From: an uncultured bacterium
Lineage (GTDB): Bacteria; Verrucomicrobiota; Lentisphaeria; Victivallales; UBA1829
Direction of reading: 5' to 3'
Length of the DNA: 64,000 nt
Assembly (NCBI GenBank): GCA_902778895.1
Contig: CACYZF010000003.1
Location: 162,410-226,409, forward strand
Shown: positions 29,481-38,720 of the stretch, in pieces
How positions within the stretch are numbered: position 1 is the first letter of the stretch
Layout: every line of letters starts with the position of its first letter
Made by a program: the position numbers and the translations under genes
The notes under the pieces: generated by a model
Database searches by the model: none
What the model saw: the letters and a program-made list of their open reading frames with translations, nothing else
What the model was told of the DNA's origin: nothing

Positions 29481-30560
29481 ATGCCCGTTTCCGACCGCAC
29501 CGCGCTGGAATCCGCAGCTCATTTCGAGCTCGGCGGACGTACCGTTTCCGCGGCGGCGTTCGGCAGCGGGCATATCAACGACACCTTCGCGCTGACGGTC
29601 GAGAAGCCCGCGTCCGACGCTTACGTGCGGTTCGTCCTGCAGCGCATCAATCCGCACGTCTTCCCGAATCCGCTCGCCGTGATGGACAACATCGTGCGCG
29701 TGACGCGGCATCTGAAGGAGAAATACGCGATCCTGCCGGACGCCGGACGGCGCGTGCTGACCGTGGTCCCCACGAAAGACGCGAAACCGTGCCGGTTCGA
29801 TGGGGATGGCGCGTGCTGGCGCTGCTACCGCATGATCGAAGGCGCGGGCACGATCGACGCCGTACGGGAACCCGCTCAGGCAAGGACCGCATCGTTCGCG
29901 TTCGCCCGCTTCGCCCGCGACCTCTCCGACCTGCCGCCGCCCCGTCTTCAGGAAACCATTCCGGCGTTCCACGACACCCCGTCGCGGCTGTGCGCGCTGG
30001 ATGCCGTCGCAAATGAGGACCGCCTCGGACGTGCCGCATCCGCCGCACAGGAACTCGCCGAGATCGACGCCATGCGTCACCTCGCCCCGCTCATCACGGA
30101 CGCATTCGCCGCCGGGCTGATCCCGGAACGCATCACGCACAACGATACGAAAATCAACAATGTGATGCTCGACGACGCGACCGGCGAGGCGATCTGCGTG
30201 GTGGACCTCGACACCGTGATGCCGGGGTTGGCGCTGTACGACTTCGGCGATCTCGTACGCGTGGCGGCGAATCCGGCCCGCGAGGACGCGGGAAAGCTCA
30301 AGGACCTCGAAGCGCGCCGCGACATGTACGACGCCTGCACGGAAGGATTCCTGGCGGGATTCGATGGCTACCTGACCGAACAGGAGATCAGGCTCATGCC
30401 GATCGCCGGGGCGGTCATCACGTTCGAGCTCGCCGTGCGGTTCCTCTCCGATTACCTCGACGGCGACCGGTATTTCAAGACGGCGCACCCCGGTCACAAC
30501 CTCGACCGGGCACGTACCCAGATCGCCCTCGCCCGTTCCCTCGAAAAGCTCGCAGGGTAA
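29481..30560 (+). CDS. APH-fold sugar-1-kinase (N-acetylhexosamine 1-kinase NahK/AmgK-like)
   Basis: FGSGHINDTF, VLQRINPHVF, VMDNI, FHDTP, RITHNDTKINNVM, VVDLDTVMPG, DFGDLVR, RFLSDYLDGDRYFK, HNLDRAR. Confidence 0.85.
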   Translation: MPVSDRTALESAAHFELGGRTVSAAAFGSGHINDTFALTVEKPASDAYVRFVLQRINPHVFPNPLAVMDNIVRVTRHLKEKYAILPDAGRRVLTVVPTKDAKPCRFDGDGACWRCYRMIEGAGTIDAVREPAQARTASFAFARFARDLSDLPPPRLQETIPAFHDTPSRLCALDAVANEDRLGRAASAAQELAEIDAMRHLAPLITDAFAAGLIPERITHNDTKINNVMLDDATGEAICVVDLDTVMPGLALYDFGDLVRVAANPAREDAGKLKDLEARRDMYDACTEGFLAGFDGYLTEQEIRLMPIAGAVITFELAVRFLSDYLDGDRYFKTAHPGHNLDRARTQIALARSLEKLAG

Positions 30561-30611
30561 ACACCGCCTGCGTTCCTTGCCGGTTTTTTATCCGTATTTT
30601 TTTCTTTCCGC

Positions 30612-30640
30612 TTGAAATTTCGACGGTTCCGCGTCATATT
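30612..30640 (+). promoter_or_regulatory. Putative promoter of the ankyrin gene
   Basis: TTGAAA-N17-CATATT. Confidence 0.5.
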
Positions 30641-30670
30641 ATTGTATTGTTCTATCCCGGAGAATCCGCC

Positions 30671-32326
30671 ATGACCAGACGTTTCCATCTCTGCAGCCTT
30701 GCCGCCCTCATCGGTGCGTCGTGTGCCGTCCTTCCATGCGTCCTGCACGCCCAGGTGGTCAACCGCAGGCCGATCAGCGGCACATCCCTCGGCGGGCTCT
30801 CCGCCGGAACGAACATTCCGGTCGTGATCAATTCCGAGGCCGAGGCATACGGGGAATTGCTCGCCGCGGTCAGGCGCGGCGCTCCGTCGCTGCTGGAACG
30901 CGTCCTGCAGAATTACGCCCACACGCCGCGTCTCCTGGATCATTACCTCAACTACTACGAAACGCCGCTCATCTTCCACGCGATCTCCGAAGCAAAGCTC
31001 GAACACTGCGACCTCCTGATCCGCTACGGCAGCATCGTGGATTTCCAGCTTTCGGATAACCAGTTCCGCAAATTCCAGAAGAGCGCCGCGCGAAAGATCG
31101 ACTACAAACAGCCCATCCAGGGCTCCTGCACCCCGCTCGCCTACGCCTGCCATCTTCCCGTCCTCTCAGGCTCGCAGCGGCGCGACGCCCGTGCGATCAT
31201 CAAGCTCCTGCTCGACTGCGGCGCGGACTGCAACCTGCCGGGATTCGAGGACAAGCCGCCCGTGCTGATCCTGAGCGAACAGGACCGCATCGATGACCTG
31301 CGACTCGTGCTCTCCTACAAAAAGGTCGAATTCAAGTCGCCGGTCCTCGCGGAATACATGCGCACGCACAAGGAAGACGAGGCGGTCATCCTCCTGAATG
31401 CGTACAGGGCCGAACGCGAGGCCGAAGCCGCGAAAAACGCCGCCGCGGCCGTGAAAAACGCGAAGAAGCCGCCGTTCACCGGGAATCCGACGCTCACGTT
31501 CGACAAGGCCGTCCTCACCAACAACACGTCCGAAATCCTCAAACACCTCGGCGCGATGAAGGACGTCGACGATCCCCTGCCCGGCGACGACAACAAGTTC
31601 AAGCAGACGCCGCTGATCCGCGCGATCGTGCTGGAACGCGCCGCGGCCGTGCGTCTGGTGCTGGACGCCGGAGCAGATGCGAACAAGGCCGACGAAACAA
31701 CCTGCAATCCGTTGGTCTACGCGCAAATCGGGAAACAGAGCGAGATCGCCGCCATGCTGAAGGAAGCCGGTGCGAAGCTCCCCGTCTGCGCAAACATTGA
31801 GGACGCGGCAAAGCAGGATCGTCCCGACGAGATCGAACGTCTGTTCAAGGAGGCCGCGGCCCGCAAGTTCAAGACCGCGCCCCTGCTCGCGCAGGCGATG
31901 ATCGCCTCGGTCAGCTTCGAGCGCGAACACGCCTTCGAAGCCGTCCTCAAGCTCGGCGGCAATCCGAACCAGATCAAGGTCAACAATCAGGCGCTCATTT
32001 TCAACCTGATCGACAGGAACCTCGACGTGTTTATCGCGTTGTGCAAAAAATCCTCGACTCCGCTCGACCTGAAGGAAAAACACCCGGTTTCCAAGCTCAC
32101 GCCCATGCTTTATGCCGCATCCAGAGCTAAGACGACCCCGGCCGTCGTGCAGGCGCTGGTCAAGCTCGGAGCCAGCGCAAACACCAAAGGCGTGAAGAAC
32201 AAGACCGCGCTCATGTACGCCGCCGAGGCCGGAAACACCGCGGTCGTCGACGCCCTCCTGAAAGCCGGAGCCGACCCGAAGGCCGAGGATTCCGGCGGCA
32301 AGACCTACAAGGATTACAAGAAGTAA
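30671..32326 (+). CDS. Exported ankyrin-repeat protein
   Basis: Signal peptide; ankyrin units TPLIFHAI, TPLAYAC..IIKLLLDCGADCN, TPLIRAI..VRLVLDAGADAN, TPMLYAA..LVKLGASAN, TALMYAAEAGNTAVVDALLKAGADP. Confidence 0.88.
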   Translation: MTRRFHLCSLAALIGASCAVLPCVLHAQVVNRRPISGTSLGGLSAGTNIPVVINSEAEAYGELLAAVRRGAPSLLERVLQNYAHTPRLLDHYLNYYETPLIFHAISEAKLEHCDLLIRYGSIVDFQLSDNQFRKFQKSAARKIDYKQPIQGSCTPLAYACHLPVLSGSQRRDARAIIKLLLDCGADCNLPGFEDKPPVLILSEQDRIDDLRLVLSYKKVEFKSPVLAEYMRTHKEDEAVILLNAYRAEREAEAAKNAAAAVKNAKKPPFTGNPTLTFDKAVLTNNTSEILKHLGAMKDVDDPLPGDDNKFKQTPLIRAIVLERAAAVRLVLDAGADANKADETTCNPLVYAQIGKQSEIAAMLKEAGAKLPVCANIEDAAKQDRPDEIERLFKEAAARKFKTAPLLAQAMIASVSFEREHAFEAVLKLGGNPNQIKVNNQALIFNLIDRNLDVFIALCKKSSTPLDLKEKHPVSKLTPMLYAASRAKTTPAVVQALVKLGASANTKGVKNKTALMYAAEAGNTAVVDALLKAGADPKAEDSGGKTYKDYKK

Positions 32327-32461
32327 TCCGGGTTTCTCCTTGTTTCCGTTTCATGTCCGCCTCGAAAAAAGCGCACGCCGAGGCGCATCGTTTGAGGCGA
32401 AAATCTATTTGAAACGAACATTTTTGAGCTTATTTTGCGGCTTTTTTCCCGGCCGGACGGC

Positions 32462-32490
32462 TTGAATAATCCGGCGGGACGGTGTATCGT
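32462..32490 (+). promoter_or_regulatory. Putative promoter of the ferritin-like gene
   Basis: TTGAAT-N17-TATCGT with TG immediately upstream of the -10 element. Confidence 0.45.
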
Positions 32491-32559
32491 TAATATGCTC
32501 CGGCACGGATGATCCACGGACCGAAGCCGGAAATTCATCCAAATACAAAGGGGGTAACG

Positions 32560-33120
32560 ATGAACACCAATGAAAAACAAAACTGTACCGATTCCGCCTG
32601 CGCCTGCAAGGGAATGGAACTCGACAAGAAGACCTGCGAGGAGATCCTGCACCATCTGAGGCGCGCGTACTGCGATGAATGGCTCGCATTCCTCCAGTAC
32701 TGGACCGCAGCCCATGTCGTGACGGGCGTTATGCGCCCGGAAATGACCTGCGAACTAATGGATCACGCCAACGAGGAACTGGAACACGCCCGGATGCTCG
32801 CGGACCGCATTCAGACACTCTGCGGCGAGATCCCGCTCACGCCGCAGGAGATCCTGGACAACTGCAACTGCGCGTTCGTGACTCCGTCCGACCCGTGCGG
32901 CTACCGGATCATGTGCCAGTCCATCGCGTCCGAACGCTGCGCGATCGCGGTCTACAACCGGATCCTGAAGATGATCGGCGACCGTGACCCGGTGACCAGC
33001 CGCATCATCCTCGAAATCCTCGAAGACGAGGAGGAACACGAATTCGAGTTCCGCCAGATCAAAGAGGACATCGACGCCAGCCGCGAAGCGCTCGGCATGG
33101 GCAAAACGCAGATGAAGTGA
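32560..33120 (+). CDS. Ferritin-like DPS-like (DPSL) protein
   Basis: AYCDEWLAFLQYW, HANEELEHARMLADRI, SERCAIAVY, DPVT, ILEDEEEHE; start placed at MNTNEK after GGGGGT. Confidence 0.85.
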   Translation: MNTNEKQNCTDSACACKGMELDKKTCEEILHHLRRAYCDEWLAFLQYWTAAHVVTGVMRPEMTCELMDHANEELEHARMLADRIQTLCGEIPLTPQEILDNCNCAFVTPSDPCGYRIMCQSIASERCAIAVYNRILKMIGDRDPVTSRIILEILEDEEEHEFEFRQIKEDIDASREALGMGKTQMK

Positions 33121-33142
33121 TCCGGGATCGAACCAGACCACG

Positions 33143-33173
33143 AAAAAGGACGCACCGGAAATCCGGTGCGTCC
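33143..33173. terminator. Terminator between the convergent DPSL gene and the ABC operon
   Basis: Perfect 11-bp stem GGACGCACCGG-AAAT-CCGGTGCGTCC with a T5 tail on the minus strand. Confidence 0.85.
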
Positions 33174-33203
33174 GAATTGCGATTATGCTTGATGCGAGGG
33201 GGA

Positions 33204-34136
33204 TCAGCCCTTCGTCGCGCCACTGGTCAGACCAGCCACGAATTCCTTCTGCAGGATGAAGAAGAGAATGGCGGGCGGGATGATGGCGAGCAGCGTACCG
33301 GCGAGGAAGATGCCGTATTCCTGCACGTACAGGCCGATATACTGGTTCAGCACGACCGGCAGCGGCAGCTTGGACTGCGTCTGCACGAAGATCTGCGGCT
33401 GCAGGAAGGCATTCCACGTGGCGAGGAACGTGATGAGGCAGTAGGCCGCCGTCACGGGACGCACAAGCGGAAGCGTAATCTCCCAGTAAATACGGAACTC
33501 GCTGGCGCCGTCGACGCGGGCGGATTCCAGCAGACTGGTCGGAACGCCGACCATGGCCTGGCGGAACAGGAAGATGCCGAACACGGTGATCGCACCCGGA
33601 ATGATCAGGGCGTAGTAGGTGTCCATCCACCCGAACTTATAGATCATCTCGAAGAGAGGCGCCAGGAAGAGCATAGCCGGAAACATCATGGACCCCAGCA
33701 TGACGAAGAGGATCGCGTTTCTGCCTTTGAACTTGTACTTCGCGAGCGCATATCCGGCCATCGACGAGAAGAAGATGTTGATGGACGTGATGGTGCAGGA
33801 CAGGAAGATCGAGTTCACGATGTACTGCCAGAAATAGACCGATCCCTGCGGGGAGTGGTACTCTTCCGTGAGCAGACGGCGGAAGTTTTCCAAGTTCAGC
33901 GAGCCGTCGAACCAGTGCGATACCGGCGGCAGGAACGTGTACTGCATCATGATGGTCTTGTCTTTGAACGCGCTGCAGATCAGCCACACGAACGGCGTGA
34001 GCGTGAGGAAAGCGGCGATGCAAAGCAGGACGACGCGGAGGTAGGCGGGGGCGATTTTCCATCCCTTGCCCGGGATCAGGCGCAGGACGACGTAGACGAT
34101 GGCCGCGGCGATCAATACCCAATGGACTAAATTCAT
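33204..34136 (-). CDS. Carbohydrate ABC transporter permease (CUT1, MalG-like)
   Basis: YALAKYKFKGR, EAA loop SLLESARVDGASEFRI, FLATWNAF. Confidence 0.93.
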   Translation of the reverse strand: MNLVHWVLIAAAIVYVVLRLIPGKGWKIAPAYLRVVLLCIAAFLTLTPFVWLICSAFKDKTIMMQYTFLPPVSHWFDGSLNLENFRRLLTEEYHSPQGSVYFWQYIVNSIFLSCTITSINIFFSSMAGYALAKYKFKGRNAILFVMLGSMMFPAMLFLAPLFEMIYKFGWMDTYYALIIPGAITVFGIFLFRQAMVGVPTSLLESARVDGASEFRIYWEITLPLVRPVTAAYCLITFLATWNAFLQPQIFVQTQSKLPLPVVLNQYIGLYVQEYGIFLAGTLLAIIPPAILFFILQKEFVAGLTSGATKG

Positions 34137-34156
34137 TGTATCTGTCTCCTATTCCG

Positions 34157-35071
34157 TCAATCCACGTCGTACGCGTGCGTGACCTTGAGTTGGAAAATAC
34201 TGATAACGAAGATGATGGCCGCGAGGATCCATCCGATGGCCGCCGCAGTGCCCAGGTCGCCGTTGTTGAAGCCCCACTCGTAGAGGTAACCGACGACGGT
34301 CATCGCGGCGTTGTTCGGACCGAAGCCCTCGCCCTTCATCAAAGCGAACGGGAGTTCGAACAGCTGGTAGGACCCGATCGTACTCATGATGACCACGAAG
34401 ATCGCGATCGGCTTGATCTGGGGGAGCGTGATGTGCAGGAAGGTCTGCCATCCGTTCGCGCCGTCGATCTGCGCCGCCTCGACCAGCTGCTTATCGACCG
34501 ACTGCAGACCGGCGAGGAAGTAGATCATGTTGTAGCCGACATACATCCACAGGGAGATGATGATGAGGGCGGGGAGAAGCAGGTTCGGGTCGGCGAGCCA
34601 CTGCTTTTCAAGGCCCCAGCCGATGAGGGCGTAGAGGCCCTTGTTGAAGAGGCCGTAGTGCGGAGTGAAGATCACGGCGAACATCACGCCGACGAAGATC
34701 TGACCGACGAGGTTCGGGCTGAAGATCATCAGACGGAACGCGCCCTTCATGCGGCTGTTACTGTTGTTCAGCAGCATGGCGAGTCCGAGGGAGATCGGCA
34801 GCTGGATGCAGATGGACGCGATGGCGTAGATGGTGGTGTTGCTCATCGCTTTCCAGAACATGCTGTCGGTAAAGATGAACTTGAAGTTGTCAAGTCCGAC
34901 GAAGATCGCGGTGTGGGGGCCGTCGGTCTGGTGGAACGCCAGCCAGCCGGCGTAGAGCAGCGGATACACGAAGAACACCGCCGCATAAAGAAGGTACGGC
35001 GCAAGGAACATCCATGGCGCCACGGGATGGCGGTCGGGACCGCCTTTCTTTTTTTGAATATTGGCAGACAT
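34157..35071 (-). CDS. Carbohydrate ABC transporter permease (CUT1, MalF-like)
   Basis: FLAPY, FVGLDNF, LAGLQSV, EAAQIDGANGWQTFLHITLP. Confidence 0.93.
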   Translation of the reverse strand: MSANIQKKKGGPDRHPVAPWMFLAPYLLYAAVFFVYPLLYAGWLAFHQTDGPHTAIFVGLDNFKFIFTDSMFWKAMSNTTIYAIASICIQLPISLGLAMLLNNSNSRMKGAFRLMIFSPNLVGQIFVGVMFAVIFTPHYGLFNKGLYALIGWGLEKQWLADPNLLLPALIIISLWMYVGYNMIYFLAGLQSVDKQLVEAAQIDGANGWQTFLHITLPQIKPIAIFVVIMSTIGSYQLFELPFALMKGEGFGPNNAAMTVVGYLYEWGFNNGDLGTAAAIGWILAAIIFVISIFQLKVTHAYDVD

Positions 35072-35076
35072 TTCTG

Positions 35077-36567
35077 TTAATGCTCCTTGCTTCCGGTTGC
35101 AGGCTCGGCGGATGCGACGGCCGCATCAGTCTTATTTTCAGAATCTCTGAGGAAGACGTTGAAATTGATCATTTTGCGGACGTTGTCGGCGTTCGTTTTG
35201 AGTCTCGGGGTGATCCGCGCCAGAAGTTCGGCATCGGTTGCTTCCGGATTGCTCTCGTAATACTGGCGGGCATCGTAATAGACGTCGAGCAGCTGCGTTT
35301 CCGCCTGTCTGGTGTAGGCCGTGATGTAGTGCGGCGGGGTGCCGTCGGCCTGGGAAGCGTAGTATTCGCCGATGGAGACGAATTCGTCCACGAGATCGCC
35401 GGTCGCCGGATCACGGAACATGTGCTTGTAGAAATCGCTCTTCTGTTTGAGCTCGGGGAGCTCCCAGGACGCCTTGATCGGCGGAACGATGTTCGTGAGC
35501 AGGAAGCGCTCGCCGAGGTCCTCGGTCTTCGTGTAGAGGTACTTCGCGAACTTCCAGGCGAGATCCTGATTCTTGCAGTGCTTGGTGATGGCAAGTCCGG
35601 AACCGCCCCAAGTGCCGGTCTTGTAGCTGCCGGGCAGCTGGTTGCCGTCCTTGTCCGCCCAGATGGGCATCGGCATCAGAGCCAGGTTGCCTTTCTGGCG
35701 CGGGTTGTCCAGCATGAACTGGGCGGTGCGCCAGTCGGGAGTGAAGAAGAACAGGTCGAGGCCGTCGTTCATGGCCTGATAGAAGTTCTGGCCGTCGCCA
35801 GCGGGGAACGCGATGCGGGTCTTGGTGTTCGGGGTCGTCTGGCGGACGAACCACGCGATCAGCTCCGCGACCTCGGGTTTGTCGAACGCGACTTTGCCGT
35901 CCGCGTCGAAGAGGTCGAATCCGCGCTGTGTGAGCAGGATGATCAGACTGACCATGTTGTTGTCGGACATGTCGATCATGTAGCGCTCGCCCGGCTTCGT
36001 GATGCGCTGGCCTTCCTTCACGAAGTCGTCCCATGTCTTCAGCTTCGTCACGTCAATGCCGAGTTCCTTGATCAGGTCGACGCGATAGCAGAGGCAGGAC
36101 GGGTGGACGTCGTGCGGAAGTGCGAAGATGTGTCCGCGGCTGGACCAGAGGGCATAGCGCGTCTGGACCATCTTCGCGGGATCCATGAAGCCGTCTTCCT
36201 TCAGGCGCTCCGTGAGGTCGACGAAGCCGACGTTCTCAAGCGGACCGCGCGTGAAGTAGCCGATGGTGCCTTCCAGCATTTCAACGATGTCCGGGACGTC
36301 GCATCCGGTCTGCATGGCGGACTGGAGGCGGCTCATCAGGACTTCCTTCTGGACACGCTGGAGAACGACGTTGCAGTTGTTCTCCTTGTTGAACTGCTCG
36401 ATCGCCTTCGTATAAGGCTTGACATGGATTTCGGCCTGGATGGCCAGGATGAGGTCAGGTCTGTCTTTCTTTTCACCCAATCTCATCCAGAAGAACACAA
36501 TACCGGAAACGATTGCAATGATCAGAATGACAAACGGGGCTTTTCCGAATGGGTATATGTTTCTCAT
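35077..36567 (-). CDS. Sugar ABC transporter solute-binding protein with an N-terminal membrane anchor
   Basis: PFGKAPFVILIIAIVSGIVFFW anchor; PDIVEM, FALPHDVHP..LCYRVDL, TWDDF, WGGSGLAITK, AWKFAKYL. Confidence 0.88.
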   Translation of the reverse strand: MRNIYPFGKAPFVILIIAIVSGIVFFWMRLGEKKDRPDLILAIQAEIHVKPYTKAIEQFNKENNCNVVLQRVQKEVLMSRLQSAMQTGCDVPDIVEMLEGTIGYFTRGPLENVGFVDLTERLKEDGFMDPAKMVQTRYALWSSRGHIFALPHDVHPSCLCYRVDLIKELGIDVTKLKTWDDFVKEGQRITKPGERYMIDMSDNNMVSLIILLTQRGFDLFDADGKVAFDKPEVAELIAWFVRQTTPNTKTRIAFPAGDGQNFYQAMNDGLDLFFFTPDWRTAQFMLDNPRQKGNLALMPMPIWADKDGNQLPGSYKTGTWGGSGLAITKHCKNQDLAWKFAKYLYTKTEDLGERFLLTNIVPPIKASWELPELKQKSDFYKHMFRDPATGDLVDEFVSIGEYYASQADGTPPHYITAYTRQAETQLLDVYYDARQYYESNPEATDAELLARITPRLKTNADNVRKMINFNVFLRDSENKTDAAVASAEPATGSKEH

Positions 36568-36636
36568 TGATGACTCCTCAATGGTACGGTCATGACGCCG
36601 TCGGCATCATGACCATTGCAATTCCTCCGGATGCCG

Positions 36637-37758
36637 TTACCGCTTCACCTGAACGCTGTCGAGACCGCACATCTGCATGATGCTGTCGAGGTCGCCGGCG
36701 CTCTGGGACGTGGGCTTGCCGGCAGGTTTGATGCGCGCGGCGAGGGTAATGGCGATGGAAAGCGCGCGGATGCAGTTCTTGATGAACTCCTTGCGGCAGC
36801 CGATCTGGTCCTTGAGGTCGCCTTCGGCGCGGAGCATGTGGCAGTCGAATTCCACGATGCCCTTCCAGCCGATCTGCTGGAGCGCGTTGAACATGAAGAC
36901 GGTTTCCTTGAGTCCTTCCGGTCCGATCAGCGGCGGGAAGTCATTGTCGAACTGGGCCTTGATCTGGCAGCCGAAATGCAGGAATTTGAGCTTGTTCATG
37001 CTGCAGAGGTAGCTGACCGTCATGACGGAGTTCAGCAGGGCCATGCTCTCGTGCTGGAGCAGCTCGGGGTTGACGCCCCAGAAATCCGGCTTTTTGAGCT
37101 TGCCGCAAATGAAACCAACGGCGTGGCCGCTGGTGGGGAGGAACATCTGGCCGCGGGGCTCGTTCGGCTTCGGCTCGACCGTGGCGCCCTTGTAGTTCGT
37201 CAGCCCCTTTTCCTCGATGTAGTCGGTCACGTGGTTGAGGCCGTCGGCCAGCCAGGTGTAGACTTCGTCCCACTTCGTGATGGCGGGGACTTCGAAACCG
37301 TCGCGGGCGACCCAGTAGGTGTAGTAGTCGGCGCCGAGGTACGCGCCGATGCGGAGGGTGCGTTCGACCTTCTTCGCGGCGAGCTTGCGGAGTTCGGGAT
37401 CAGGATTGCAGAGGCCGCCGTCGCGGAAGATCTTGTTGCCGTGGAGGCTGCAGGTCATCGTATTGAACTTGATGCCGGCGCCGTCGAGAATGGATTTGAT
37501 CTCACGGAGGATCTTGCTGGTCTCGCTGTTCGGATCCAGGTCGTCGTCCGGGTTCGCGGGATCCCACGGAACGAGGTCGTCGTCGTGCGCGCTGGTGGCT
37601 TCGATGAGGCCTTCACCGGCAGCCCAGGCAAGGATTTTGGCGACTTCGATCGAGCTGATCTTGTCGAGGACGGAGCCTCCGAACGGGTCGGACAGCGGAT
37701 TGCCAACGCACCAGAAGGGCATTGAACGGCGGGTGACGCAGTACTGATTGAATTCCAT
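36637..37758 (-). CDS. xylA: Xylose isomerase family (class I-like) sugar isomerase
   Basis: DPFG, SAHDDDLVP, FRDGGLCNPD, YWVARDG, VEPKPNEPRG, GVNPELLQHE, FDND, EFD; one metal ligand appears substituted (see findings). Confidence 0.75.
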   Translation of the reverse strand: MEFNQYCVTRRSMPFWCVGNPLSDPFGGSVLDKISSIEVAKILAWAAGEGLIEATSAHDDDLVPWDPANPDDDLDPNSETSKILREIKSILDGAGIKFNTMTCSLHGNKIFRDGGLCNPDPELRKLAAKKVERTLRIGAYLGADYYTYWVARDGFEVPAITKWDEVYTWLADGLNHVTDYIEEKGLTNYKGATVEPKPNEPRGQMFLPTSGHAVGFICGKLKKPDFWGVNPELLQHESMALLNSVMTVSYLCSMNKLKFLHFGCQIKAQFDNDFPPLIGPEGLKETVFMFNALQQIGWKGIVEFDCHMLRAEGDLKDQIGCRKEFIKNCIRALSIAITLAARIKPAGKPTSQSAGDLDSIMQMCGLDSVQVKR

Positions 37759-38027
37759 TTGTATAACTCCTTATAAGACCGTAAAAAGGAAAAAACGGTC
37801 CCGGTTGATTTGCAAACACAGTCTCCGGTTGAGGCTGATTTAACTCTATTACTATAGCACATCAAATCGAAATTTAAATGGTGTTTGCGGTAGATAGCAT
37901 GTATTTTTTATCAATAAACATTCACTTTTTGACATCCCGTGTGCAGTATTTTCGAGAATAAAATAAATTTGCCGTTTCGGGTGGATTTGGTGTTTGTAAT
38001 TATCAGATTCCCGAACAATCCGCTTTC

Positions 38028-38071
38028 AAAAAAGAAAGCCCGGCAAGGGAAACAGGTTTCCGATGCCGGGC
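38028..38071 (-). terminator. Terminator after the GH39 gene
   Basis: GCCCGGCA/TGCCGGGC stem with a T-rich tail on the minus strand. Confidence 0.7.
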
Positions 38072-38092
38072 AAATCAGTCAAAAGAAACCGC

Positions 38093-38720
38093 TTATTTCT
38101 TCTTCGCGGGCTTCTTTGCCGGGGCTTTCGCTACGGGTTTCGCGGCAGGCTTAGCCGGGGCCTTCTTTGCCGGGGCCGGAGCTGCCTTTTTCACGGGAGC
38201 TTTCGCCGCGGATTTCGCAGCAGGTTTCTTGGCCGGAGCGGATTTCTTCGCAGGGGCGGGAGCTGCCTTTTTCGCCGGAGCTTTCGCCACGGGTTTCGCG
38301 GCAGGCTTCACCGGAGCGGCGTTCTTCACAGGGGCCGGAGCTGCCTTTTTCGCCGGAGCTTTCGCCGCGGGTTTCGCAACGGGTTTGGAAGCAGCCTTTG
38401 CAGGCGCGGGCTTCGCAACAGGCTTCACCGGAGCAGCTTTCTTTGCCGGAGCTTTCGCGACAGGCTTCGCTTCCGTTTTCTTCGCAGGGGCAGCGGCTTT
38501 TGCCGGAGCTTTCGCGACAGGCTTCGCTTCAGCCTTCTTTGCAGGCGCAGCGGCTTTGGCCGGAGCTTTTTCAGCAGATTTCGCCTCCGCCTTCTTCGCT
38601 GGAGCAGGCTTCGCGGCAGGCTTCGCTTCAGCCTTCTTTGCAGGCGCAGCGGCTTTGGCCGGAACTTTTTCAGCGGGCTTCGCCTCCGCCTTCTTCGCGG
38701 GGGCGGCTTTCACCGGAGCG
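38093..38720 (-). repeat. PAKKA/AKPAA low-complexity coding repeats
   Basis: Dozens of PAKK, AKAP and AKPA units, with recurring DNA units such as GCCGGAGCTTTCGC. Confidence 0.9.

Noticed and set aside
29481-30560. Aminoglycoside resistance gene
   Set aside because: It has the APH fold, but the GHINDT/LQRIN/HNDTK pattern and the nucleotidyltransferase neighbour indicate a NahK-type sugar kinase.
38093-38720. Periodic repeats that could suggest a CRISPR array (also 3700-4060, 10420-10700 and 49150-51400)
   Set aside because: The repeats are in-frame, degenerate at synonymous positions and lack unique spacers, and there are no cas genes. They are protein-coding repeats.
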